A DNA stretch of 32,000 bases from Microcystis aeruginosa NIES-843 (GTDB taxonomy: Bacteria; Cyanobacteriota; Cyanobacteriia; Cyanobacteriales; Microcystaceae), in assembly GCF_000010625.1 (NCBI RefSeq), contig NC_010296.1:5810796-5842795 (forward strand), given 5' to 3'. The position numbers and the translations under genes are program-made. The notes beneath the pieces were generated by a model, which was not told the DNA's origin, ran no database searches, and saw only the letters and a program-made list of their open reading frames with translations. This document shows positions 23,348-31,775 of this stretch, piece after piece (positions within the stretch are counted from its first letter, which is position 1; every line of letters begins with the position of its first letter).

Positions 23348-26300
23348 ATGGGTAGGAATAGGGATAAAGGTATGAAGACAGAAAATTTCTCTCCCCGACA
23401 AGCATTAAACAAAGCATTCCTGAGAGTCAAACCGAATCGTAGTCAGGTGGAGAAGTTTCAAACCCACCTAGAACAACTTTTGGGGAGTATAAACGAGACA
23501 GAATCGGAGGAGTTCCACAAAAACCTGCTTGCAGACTTTCTCAAACACAGCTACTATAGTCCCCAACATTTCATCAACACCAAGGGAAGGAATGATTTAG
23601 TCATCCATAATGGGAAAGAGTCGCGGGATTCCGTGGGGGTAATATTGGAAGTCAAGAAACCCAGCAATAAAAGCGAGATGCTGCGGAGAGACAAACTCAA
23701 CTGTAAAGCATTACAAGAATTACTCCTCTACTTCCTTCGGGAAAGAATAACCGAGAAAAACCTAGAGATAAAACACCTGATTGCTACCAATATATATGAG
23801 TGGTTTATCTTCGATGGGAATATCTTCGAGAGACTATTCGCACAAAATCAGGAACTTGTCAGACAGTTTAATGACTTTGAGACGGGGAGACTAACGGGAA
23901 AAACCACCGACTTCTTCTACAAACAGATAGGGGAACCCTTCCTTAACTCCATACTCAATTCCCTGACATACACCTATTTTGACTTGCGGGAATACACCCA
24001 AACCATCCGGGAGGACGAACATAACCTCATCAGTCTCTATAAAATCTTTTCTCCCGAACACCTGTTAAAACTCCCCTTTGCGAACGATAGCAACAGTCTC
24101 GACAAAAACTTTTATAGTGAACTGCTGCATATCATCGGATTGACAGAGATAAAAGAGGGAGGAAAAAAACTCATCCAACGTCTGCAACCGGCAGCGCGAC
24201 AACCCGGTTCGCTGCTAGAGAACGCTATCAGTCAAGTAGAGAGTTTAGATAAAATCTCTCGTTTACCCAATCCCGAGGAATTTGGGGAGACGGAGGAGGA
24301 GAGACTATTGAATATCGGTTTAGAGTTAGGGATAACCTGGATAAATAGAATCCTCTTCCTCAAACTATTAGAAGCGCAGATAATTAGGTATCATCGGGGG
24401 GATAAATCCCTAGGGTTTCTCAATTTAGGCAAAATTGCCAACTATGACGACTTAAATCGCTTATTTTTCAGCGTCTTAGCAAAAAAACAGTCAGAAAGAA
24501 GCAAAGACATCCAGAATACCCATACTCAGGTTCCCTATCTCAACAGTTCCCTATTTGAACCGACGGAATTAGAACAATCAACCATAGTTATCAGTAACCT
24601 GTGTTCGGAGAATATAGAGATTTTTGCAGGAACAGTCTTAAAGGATAGTCAGGGGAAAAAGCGAACAGGAGAAATCAACGCTCTAGCATACCTATTCGAG
24701 TTTCTCAATGCCTACGATTTTAGCAGCGAAGGTGGGGAAGCGATACAGGAGGATAACAAGACTCTTATCAATGCGTCGGTGTTGGGATTAATCTTCGAGA
24801 AAATCAACGGATATAAGGATGGTTCCTTTTTCACCCCCGGTTTCATCACTATGTATATGTGTCGGGAAACGATTCGACGCGCAGTGATAGAGAAATTTAA
24901 CCAGAGTCAGGGATGGGATTGTCAGACAATCGAGGATGTATATAACCGCATCAAAGATAAAACGGCAGCCAATGCTATTATCAATAGTCTCAAAATTTGT
25001 GATCCTGCGGTGGGTTCGGGACATTTTCTTGTTTCTGCTTTGAACGAGATAATCGCAATTAAGAGTGAGTTACAGATTTTAGTGGATAAAGAGGGGAAAA
25101 CTCTCAGGGATTATCGGGTTGAGGTGGTGAACGATGAGTTAATCGTCACCGATGATGACGGTAATCTGTTTGAGTATAATCCCCGCAACCGAGAAAGTCA
25201 GCGAGTACAGGAGACTTTATTTCAGGAAAAACAGCGTCTGATTGAGGGGTGTCTCTTTGGAGTCGATATCAATCCCAACTCGGTGAAAATCTGTCGGTTG
25301 CGTTTATGGATTGAGTTACTCAAGAATGCTTACTACAAAGCAGATAACGAGTTAGAGACGCTACCGAATATCGATATTAATATCAAGGTTGGCAATTCTC
25401 TGATTAGTCGCTTTGGGTTATCCAATGATTTACAAGTCTTTTCCCGCAAAAATCGTTTAAGTATCGAGAGTTATAAGGATGCGGTGAGAGTCTATCGCAA
25501 CGCGGAGGATAAATCGCAAAAGCGCGAGATGGAGAGATTGATAAGTGAGATTAAGAGTAGTTTTCGTCAGACTTTACAGGGAGATAATCCTCTGAAAAAG
25601 CGCTTGCGGGGTTTGGAAACGGATTTATATAGTCTAGAGAATCAAATTTTGTTATTTGAGGAGTCACCCAAGGAAAAGAAAGCGCGGGAAAGGAAGATTA
25701 GTCAGTTAAGGAATGAGATTGATAAGTTACGTCCGCAACTAGAGGAGATTGAAAGCGGTAAGATTTATCATAATGCTTTTGAATGGCGCTTCGAGTTCCC
25801 CGAAGTTCTAGACGATAAGGGGAATTTTATCGGTTTTGATGTGGTAATTGGCAATCCTCCTTATATTCAATTATCTAAAATAGACTCAACAACAGTTAAA
25901 TACAAGAATTATTTACTAATGCGTTATGAAACATCTGGCGGCAGATTAAATACATTTATTTTTTTCACTCATTTATCATTTCAAATACTAAAACAAAACG
26001 GAATTTTAAGTTATATCATTCCAAACACTATATTAACTCAAGAATATTATGTATTTACACGTCAATTCTTACTCAATAAAGTAACGCTATCAGAGGTTAT
26101 CAATTTTCTGAATTTACCGTTTGAAGACGCAGTAGTAGAAACAGTGATTATTCAATATTTGAAATCACAAAATTTAGATTATGCTGTGAATTATGGTGAG
26201 CTTGCTGAAAGTGGATTTAATTTCAAATTTAATATAAGTTCATCCGAAATAAGAAGCAATATCGGCTATTCATTTTTAGTTCAGCGTAATTCTATTTTGC

Positions 26301-26962
26301 TTAAAGTTTTTGAATCTAAAAATTGTCCGCTTGACGAAATTTGTAATATTAATCAAGCAATAGCCTTGAAGGGAGATAAATCACTATCTTTAAAAACACA
26401 AAACCCTGAAGGGAAATATAAAAAACTTCTTGATGGAAGAAATATAAATAAATACTCAATTAGCTGGGATGGTTTTTATTTAGATTATGATATTACCAAG
26501 ATTCATAGTTGTAAACGCAGAGACATTTTTGAAACAAAAGAAAAACTTTTATTTAGAAGAGTTTCGAGAACGTTAATTTTTACCTACGACAATTCTCAAT
26601 ATTATGCTCTTAATACATTGGTAGTTGTAAATCTAAAAAAAGGGATTAACTTTGATATAAAGTTTCTTCTTGGAATAATGAATTCTTCATTAATGAATTA
26701 TATTTATAACAACAAATTTAAATCAACTAAAACAGTTTTCTCTGAAATTCAAACTCGTTCTATTTCACAGCTTCCAATACCCAAAATTAGTCAAGAACAA
26801 CAGCAACCTATAATTGTACTTGTAGATCAAATTCTCACGGCTAAAAAATCTAATCCCAAAGCTGACACCAGCGAGTTAGAAAAAGAGATTGACAAAATAG
26901 TGTATGAATTGTATGGATTAAGCGAGGAGGAAATCAGGATAATAGAGGGGGAAATAAAATAA
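23348..26962 (+). CDS. Type IIG (Eco57I/MmeI-like) restriction-modification enzyme: N-terminal PD-(D/E)xK-like nuclease, gamma-class N6-adenine methyltransferase, C-terminal target-recognition domain
   Basis: 1204-aa ORF. SAM motif I DPAVGSGHFLV, catalytic motif IV VIGNPPYI (NPPY codons 25853-25864), coiled-coil insertion before NPPY, N-terminal NDLVIHNG...VILEVKKP resembling D...ExK, and a TaqI-like C-terminal specificity region. The true start may be ATG 23372 (MKTENFSPRQ), because cassette 1 has a frameshifting 1-nt insertion between the two ATGs. Confidence 0.88.
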   Translation: MGRNRDKGMKTENFSPRQALNKAFLRVKPNRSQVEKFQTHLEQLLGSINETESEEFHKNLLADFLKHSYYSPQHFINTKGRNDLVIHNGKESRDSVGVILEVKKPSNKSEMLRRDKLNCKALQELLLYFLRERITEKNLEIKHLIATNIYEWFIFDGNIFERLFAQNQELVRQFNDFETGRLTGKTTDFFYKQIGEPFLNSILNSLTYTYFDLREYTQTIREDEHNLISLYKIFSPEHLLKLPFANDSNSLDKNFYSELLHIIGLTEIKEGGKKLIQRLQPAARQPGSLLENAISQVESLDKISRLPNPEEFGETEEERLLNIGLELGITWINRILFLKLLEAQIIRYHRGDKSLGFLNLGKIANYDDLNRLFFSVLAKKQSERSKDIQNTHTQVPYLNSSLFEPTELEQSTIVISNLCSENIEIFAGTVLKDSQGKKRTGEINALAYLFEFLNAYDFSSEGGEAIQEDNKTLINASVLGLIFEKINGYKDGSFFTPGFITMYMCRETIRRAVIEKFNQSQGWDCQTIEDVYNRIKDKTAANAIINSLKICDPAVGSGHFLVSALNEIIAIKSELQILVDKEGKTLRDYRVEVVNDELIVTDDDGNLFEYNPRNRESQRVQETLFQEKQRLIEGCLFGVDINPNSVKICRLRLWIELLKNAYYKADNELETLPNIDINIKVGNSLISRFGLSNDLQVFSRKNRLSIESYKDAVRVYRNAEDKSQKREMERLISEIKSSFRQTLQGDNPLKKRLRGLETDLYSLENQILLFEESPKEKKARERKISQLRNEIDKLRPQLEEIESGKIYHNAFEWRFEFPEVLDDKGNFIGFDVVIGNPPYIQLSKIDSTTVKYKNYLLMRYETSGGRLNTFIFFTHLSFQILKQNGILSYIIPNTILTQEYYVFTRQFLLNKVTLSEVINFLNLPFEDAVVETVIIQYLKSQNLDYAVNYGELAESGFNFKFNISSSEIRSNIGYSFLVQRNSILLKVFESKNCPLDEICNINQAIALKGDKSLSLKTQNPEGKYKKLLDGRNINKYSISWDGFYLDYDITKIHSCKRRDIFETKEKLLFRRVSRTLIFTYDNSQYYALNTLVVVNLKKGINFDIKFLLGIMNSSLMNYIYNNKFKSTKTVFSEIQTRSISQLPIPKISQEQQQPIIVLVDQILTAKKSNPKADTSELEKEIDKIVYELYGLSEEEIRIIEGEIK

Positions 26963-27023
26963 ATATAAATGTAGTAACGCACCCAAAAGCATCCCAAAGG
27001 ACTGACAAAAATTTGATCCCCCT

Positions 27024-27048
27024 AAATCCCCCTTTTTAAGGGGGATTT
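27024..27048. terminator. Hairpin downstream of the R-M gene (AAATCCCCC / GGGGGATTT, 9-bp stem)
   Basis: aaatccccc tttttaa gggggattt, located 62 nt after the R-M stop. Belongs to the same CCCCC/GGGGG hairpin family as 12613-12660. No clean T-tract follows, so terminator function is uncertain. Confidence 0.45.
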
Positions 27049-27299
27049 AAATTTAATACATTTGTTCTAATGAACTCCCAATCGAACTTTAAAACCCATC
27101 TCCGCGCTTCCCCTATACCTTCCTCTTACCTATTGCAAGAGTGCCTTATCTCAACAAGTAATTTAAATTCAGTACAGCTTACACCCAAAAGAATCTCATA
27201 CCAAATTTCTAAATCCATGACAGACATCCACGCTCGAATGCTTGCCAAGCCGGTGTTCGTTGTGACGCGAATAAAGAAAAATGGTGTCAACCAAAATGC

Positions 27300-27400
27300 T
27301 TGACAAAAGCCAAGACTTGACTTATACTTTTTATATAATGGGAATCCGTGCCTAAATATATATAGGTGTTTTCAGAGAAATTAACGAGCGAAAGAAATAG
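27300..27400 (+). promoter_or_regulatory. Diverged seventh copy of the cassette promoter and leader start
   Basis: TTGACAaaagccaagacttgactTATACTttttaTATAATgggaatccgtgcctaaatatatag... aligns with cassette TTGACAaatggcgagacttgcttTAGACTttttaTATAATgggaatccgtgcgcaaatatatatag.... Both hexamers and the 17-nt spacing are kept. Similarity fades after about 27400. Confidence 0.6.
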
Positions 27401-27487
27401 GGACGAAAAGGAAAGCTTTGCGGCAAGGATTAAAGCTGGTTTGGTTAGACTAACTTTATCGAAAATTTGGGTTAAAACCCCGTCGTT

Positions 27488-27895
27488 TTACGACGGCTTT
27501 TCCTGATTTTTGATGTAGCACTTAAGAACTTCCAGTGGCGCACCTCCTACAGAAGATACAAAATAACTGGGCGACCAAAGAGCGTCTTTCCCGTATGGCT
27601 TAGGATATCCAGCTTGTCCATACCTACGACTAGAGACTCCTTTTAAAGAATTGACCATTACAGAAATAGATAGTTTCGGCGGGTATTCAATCAATGCGTG
27701 TACATGATCGGACTCCCCGTTAAATTCCAATATCTGAAAATTCATCTTTTCCGCAACTTCCCTAAAAGACTTTTCAATCAAAGTCAGACTTTTACCAGTA
27801 AAAACCTTACTTCTGTATTTTGTCACACAGACCAAGTGTATCTTTAGATCGGAAACAGAGTTTCTTTCTTTTCGCAACTGACTTGACATTATCAA
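27488..27895 (-). CDS. tnpA: IS200/IS605-family Y1 (HUH) transposase TnpA
   Basis: 135 aa. HUH motif DHVHALIEY and catalytic Tyr context WSPSYFVSSVGG. Confidence 0.9.
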   Translation of the reverse strand: MIMSSQLRKERNSVSDLKIHLVCVTKYRSKVFTGKSLTLIEKSFREVAEKMNFQILEFNGESDHVHALIEYPPKLSISVMVNSLKGVSSRRYGQAGYPKPYGKDALWSPSYFVSSVGGAPLEVLKCYIKNQEKPS

Positions 27896-27939
27896 CAGAC
27901 CTAGTTAGAATAGACTACAGACACACACATCTTAACCCA

Positions 27940-29184
27940 ATGAAAGCGAGGTATCAATACCGTATTTACCCAACAGACCAACAAAAGAGGCTTTTGTCTC
28001 AGTTGTTCGGGTGTGTGCGTGTTGTCTGGAACGATACCTTAGCTTACTGTCAAGAACTTTATCGACAAGGGGAGAAAAAGCCAAAATATACAGAGTTATC
28101 TAAAAGACTAACTCAAGTCAAAAAAACAGAAGAAAGACGGTGGTTAACCGAGGTCTCTTCTATTCCTTTACAACAGTCTTTGAGAGACTTAGAGACTGCT
28201 TACTCTAACTTCTTTACATCTTGTAAGGGCGAGAGAAAAGGAAAGAAAGTCAAACCTCCCAAGTTTAAAAAACGTAAATCTAAACAATCAGCAAGATTTA
28301 CCGACAATGGTTTTACCGTTAACCAACACTGCGTTACTTTAGCAAAAATCGGTGATTTAAGAATCGTTTGGAGTCGTCCATTACCTTCTAAACCTTCTAG
28401 TGTCACCGTGATTAAAGATGCAGCAGATCGCTATTTTCTTAGTTTTGTCGTCGAGGTTCAGCCCGAAATACTTCCTAATAACGGGGAGTCCGTGGGAATC
28501 GATCTAGGGATTGCTACCTTTGCTACCCTCTCAACAGGGGAAAAGATAGACGCACCGAAACCGTTAAAGAAACGATTAAAACGACTAAGAAAAGCACAGA
28601 AAAACCTTTCTAGAAAACAGAAAGGAAGTAACCGACGGGAAAAAGCTAGGAAACGAGTAGCTAAAATCCATGCAAAGATTAAAGACACTCGCACTGATTT
28701 CTTGCATAAACTATCCACTAGAGTTGTTCGTGAAAATCAAACGATAATTTTAGAGGATTTAAACACATCGGGAATGGTTAAAAATCGTAAGTTATCCCGT
28801 GCCATATCAGACTTAGGATGGCGTTCTTTCCGAGATATGCTATCGGCAAAATCTGATAAATATGGGCGTGATTTTCGGATAATTTCCCGATGGGAGCCAA
28901 CGTCTCAAAGGTGTTCCTGTTGTGGGAATATCGGCGGGAAAAAAGCGTTAAATATCCGTGAGTGGGAATGTCTTTTCTGTGGGACTTTTCATGATAGGGA
29001 TGTAAACGCTGCAATTAATATCAAGGTCGCCGGTGGGCAATCGGAGACCTCAAAAAACGGACGTGGAGGAAAGTGTAAGACTACCGATAAGGTAGCAGCA
29101 TCCTGTGAAGCGTCAACCCAGCGGTCGGTCGTTCAATTAAGTTTGTTTGATCTGCCGGGAATCACCGTCCGGCCCCGGCGGTGA
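27940..29184 (+). CDS. tnpB: RNA-guided endonuclease TnpB
   Basis: Starts MKARYQYRIYPT at ATG 27940; the ORF-track start at 27820 overlaps tnpA. RuvC-I SVGIDLGIATF, RuvC-II IILEDLNTSG, zinc finger CSCCGN...CLFCGT, RuvC-III DRDVNAAINI. Confidence 0.9.
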   Translation: MKARYQYRIYPTDQQKRLLSQLFGCVRVVWNDTLAYCQELYRQGEKKPKYTELSKRLTQVKKTEERRWLTEVSSIPLQQSLRDLETAYSNFFTSCKGERKGKKVKPPKFKKRKSKQSARFTDNGFTVNQHCVTLAKIGDLRIVWSRPLPSKPSSVTVIKDAADRYFLSFVVEVQPEILPNNGESVGIDLGIATFATLSTGEKIDAPKPLKKRLKRLRKAQKNLSRKQKGSNRREKARKRVAKIHAKIKDTRTDFLHKLSTRVVRENQTIILEDLNTSGMVKNRKLSRAISDLGWRSFRDMLSAKSDKYGRDFRIISRWEPTSQRCSCCGNIGGKKALNIREWECLFCGTFHDRDVNAAINIKVAGGQSETSKNGRGGKCKTTDKVAASCEASTQRSVVQLSLFDLPGITVRPRR

Positions 29185-29219
29185 GGATGTCAACAGTACC
29201 TTTTGAGGAGAGAAAAGTT

Positions 29220-30281
29220 ATGGCTGAGTCAAAAAGCTGGGATTTTCAGAGATTTTGGCAAACTCTAGACTATTTTGATAGTATTCCCCTGTGGAGTTGT
29301 CTGCAAAAGCTGCTCGGTTTCGGGGAAGATAAAAAAAATCAGCTAACAAATGAGCAAGGGATGAAGACCATTTTAGTCATTGGTGGGGAAAATGCGATCG
29401 GTAGAAAAGTAATCACCCAACTACAGCAGCAAAACTATCAAATCCGCGCTTTAGTCGATAATATCGAGTCTGCACGTCAATTATTGGCTGAAAATGTCGA
29501 TTTATTTGCTCTGCAAACCCCGCAATTATTCACAGGGATTGAGAGAATTATCTACTGTCAAGGGGAGAATAACCGCCATAGTTTAGCTAATTTACTCGAT
29601 TTATTGAAAAATGCTGGGATAACCGCCGAAAAAACCCTCTTTGACTTTAGCAATCCCAGCAGTGATATCAAAGAAATCTGGGGTGCGGTGGATGATGTGG
29701 TAATGGGAGGAGTGAGTGAGAGTCAGATAACCCTAACCGGAGGACGAGCGCTCTTTTCCGGTATCGTTAGAACTGAAAATAACGGCGGTTTTGCCTCAGT
29801 TCGTACCAGAAACCTGAATCCTCCCCTAAATTTATCTAACTACGAGGGAATAGAATTACAGGTACAAGGGGACGGAAAACGCTATAAATTAATTCTGCGC
29901 TGTGAAGGACGTTGGGATGGCATCGGTTACTGTTATTCTTTTGATACATTTGATCGCACCTGGCAAACGATTTCTATTCCTTTTGGCGATTTAATCCCGG
30001 TGGTGCGGGCCAAAACGATGAGAGAGGCAGCACCCTTTGATAGCAGTAGCGTCTATGCTTTGCAGTTAATGCAGAGTAAATTCGAGTACGATGGGGCGAT
30101 AAATCCCCGTTTCTCCCCGGGGTTATTTGCTTTAGAAATTGTCACAATTAAAGCCTACGGGGGCAAAAACCGCTTAATTATCGTTAAAGAAGGAGAAATC
30201 GCCGAAAAAAGCCTTTTAGATGCCAGTGGTTATCCCTACGAAGCGATCGATTCTGCCCAGATTTTCGCTAAACTTAATTAA
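29220..30281 (+). CDS. CIA30-domain protein with short N-terminal Rossmann-like segment
   Basis: WGAVDDVVMGGVSESQI...GGFASVRTRN...YKLILR is the complex-I intermediate-associated protein 30 (CIA30) signature. ILVIGGENAIGRKV is a dinucleotide-binding-like start. ATG 29220 is preceded by GAGGAG. The ORF-track start at 29181 lies inside the IS right end. Confidence 0.8.
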   Translation: MAESKSWDFQRFWQTLDYFDSIPLWSCLQKLLGFGEDKKNQLTNEQGMKTILVIGGENAIGRKVITQLQQQNYQIRALVDNIESARQLLAENVDLFALQTPQLFTGIERIIYCQGENNRHSLANLLDLLKNAGITAEKTLFDFSNPSSDIKEIWGAVDDVVMGGVSESQITLTGGRALFSGIVRTENNGGFASVRTRNLNPPLNLSNYEGIELQVQGDGKRYKLILRCEGRWDGIGYCYSFDTFDRTWQTISIPFGDLIPVVRAKTMREAAPFDSSSVYALQLMQSKFEYDGAINPRFSPGLFALEIVTIKAYGGKNRLIIVKEGEIAEKSLLDASGYPYEAIDSAQIFAKLN

Positions 30282-30367
30282 TTTAAATAAGCTTGGATCT
30301 CAAGTTAAACTACAGAACATCGGGTTAAGATCATGACTATCGGGAGCATAATTAAGGAGGTATGTTC

Positions 30368-30988
30368 ATGAGTGAACAGAATCCCTACGAACAACTTGGG
30401 GTTACTGAAGAATCCTCTTTTGAAGAAATTCAAGAGGCCAAACAAAGACTGGTGCAACAGTATCAAAATGATAGCAAAATTGTCGAATTGATCGAGTCGG
30501 CCTACGATTCCGTCCTCATGGATCGACTGCGGATGCGACAGGAGGGTAGAATTAAAGTTCCCGATCGCATTCGTTTTCCTGAACGTCTGACGATTCCGGT
30601 GGAAAGTAAACCAGTTACTAGCAGCAAATCTCCTCACTGGTGGCAAAGCTTAATCGATACACCTTCTGCACGGGATATCGGTGTACCAGCAGTGATTTAC
30701 GCTTGTTTAGGAGCAATAACGCTGTTAGTTCCCGATCCCAGTGGCTCCCTCTTACCGCTGCTCTTAGCTTTTGGCGTTTTCGTTAATATCTATTTTTTCA
30801 ACCGCAAGGAAAAACGTTTTGGCCGCGCCTTACTATTCACTCTCGCTGGTTTAGTGCTAGGAGTCGCTCTGGGAGCGGGATTAGCCAGTTTAGCGGCCAA
30901 GGCTGATTTGCATATCTTCGGCGATCGCCAAATTTATGCGCTCGTCACTTTTCTGATCTTTTGGGTGATTAGTAGTTTTTTCCGTTAA
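30368..30988 (+). CDS. J-like-domain membrane protein (CPP1/DUF3353-type)
   Basis: NPYEQLGVTEESSFEEIQEAKQRL is a DnaJ J-domain-like N-terminus lacking a clear HPD. The C-terminal half has three hydrophobic helices. The second ATG (30368) sits 7 nt after AAGGAGG. Confidence 0.7.
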   Translation: MSEQNPYEQLGVTEESSFEEIQEAKQRLVQQYQNDSKIVELIESAYDSVLMDRLRMRQEGRIKVPDRIRFPERLTIPVESKPVTSSKSPHWWQSLIDTPSARDIGVPAVIYACLGAITLLVPDPSGSLLPLLLAFGVFVNIYFFNRKEKRFGRALLFTLAGLVLGVALGAGLASLAAKADLHIFGDRQIYALVTFLIFWVISSFFR

Positions 30989-31680
30989 CCAATCGCTCGT
31001 AGGGAGCCTAAGATCACGTCCACTGCTTCCCCAAGGTTATTGACGATATAATCAGGCTCGTAGCTCTCTAAACGGGAACGGCTGCGAATCCCCGATAATA
31101 CGCCAATAACCTTAATATTTTGGCTTTTAGCGGCGGCAATATCCGCTTCCGTATCCCCCACCATCCAAGTATCGGCAGCCGCCGGCAGTTCTTTAGCGGC
31201 CTTAGCCATAAGCAGGGTTTTGTCGCGCACGTCGTTGGTTTTGGTGTAATTGTTATTTAGACAATAACGACGATTAGCGGCGAAAAAACGACCGATATCG
31301 TGGCGATTAAAGGCATGATCTAGCTCGGATACCCGCCGCATCGTCATCACGACTAAATCGATCTTTAACTCTTGGATTTTCTGGAGAGTTTCCAAAGAAC
31401 CAACCACCGGGCGATCGTGGACAAGATAGGGTAAAGTATGGACAGTTTGACGACGAAGATGGGCAAATTTACGCGCTTGATCTTCATCTAATCCTGACAT
31501 TTCCCCGATACGCTTCTCAGAAACCTGATCCCGTTTTAACTGCCAGAATTCCGCTTTCGATAATTCCCCGATAATTTGACCTTTATAGGCGGTTTTCTGT
31601 AAACAGTCTTGATAAACTTGGTAATATCGCTCCGATACGTCCATTATCGGGCCGTCAAAGTCGCTAATTAGTCTCAACAT
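30985..31680 (-). CDS. HAD-superfamily hydrolase (phosphoglycolate-phosphatase-like)
   Basis: Motif I ISDFDGPIMD, motif III/IV ...MVGDTEADIAAA. ATG 31680 (MLRLISDFDG) is preferred to the upstream TTG at 31719. Its 3' end overlaps the convergent J-domain gene by 4 nt. Confidence 0.85.
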   Translation of the reverse strand: MLRLISDFDGPIMDVSERYYQVYQDCLQKTAYKGQIIGELSKAEFWQLKRDQVSEKRIGEMSGLDEDQARKFAHLRRQTVHTLPYLVHDRPVVGSLETLQKIQELKIDLVVMTMRRVSELDHAFNRHDIGRFFAANRRYCLNNNYTKTNDVRDKTLLMAKAAKELPAAADTWMVGDTEADIAAAKSQNIKVIGVLSGIRSRSRLESYEPDYIVNNLGEAVDVILGSLRAIG

Positions 31681-31775
31681 CGTTCTAATACTTCTCGCTT
31701 TATTAATTTTTATATACAAGTTACCCTAGAGTCTTGACAATGACAAGAGTTTTGTCGGGAAAAAGATTAGGGACC

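Larger units (their letters stand above)
20785..23424 (+). repeat. Tandem array of six promoter / 5'UTR / 5'-CDS cassettes (318-360 bp), interrupted by a RAYT gene and ending in the R-M gene
   Basis: TTGACA recurs at 20801, 21134, 21452, 22528, 22874 and 23234, each followed by near-identical sequence. See the individual units and findings. Confidence 0.95.
27450..29194 (+). mobile_element. IS200/IS605-family element with divergent tnpA (-) and tnpB (+)
   Basis: A 7-bp subterminal hairpin CCGTCGT ttt ACGACGG (27480-27496) overlaps the tnpA stop, as a left end would. The right end ...GGTGAGGATGTCAAC stops at 29194 by analogy with ...GGGAGTATGTCAAT of the first element. The left boundary is uncertain. 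Confidence 0.6.

Noticed and set aside
21044-23430. Repeated minus-strand ORFs of 85, 62, 71 and 90 aa (MSGREIFCLHTFIPIP..., MFNACRGEKFSVF...) listed in the ORF track
   Set aside because: They are reverse-strand read-throughs of the repeated cassette. They are copied only because the DNA is repeated, run antisense to the promoter, leader and R-M 5' CDS, have no ribosome-binding site, and have low-complexity composition. Their ends shift with 14-mer copy number.
27130-27150. TTGCAAGAG matching the terminal 8-9 nt of the IS5-like inverted repeat, and CTTACCTATT matching the start of the CRISPR repeat
   Set aside because: Matches of 9-10 nt are expected by chance at about this frequency in 64 kb of two-strand sequence, and there is no extended similarity on either side.
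27070-27303. 77-aa ORF between the R-M gene and the seventh promoter copy
   Set aside because: It has no ribosome-binding site, no recognisable motif and low-complexity Ser/Leu/Thr content. It ends exactly in the promoter-like TTGACA and is more likely degenerate non-coding DNA.
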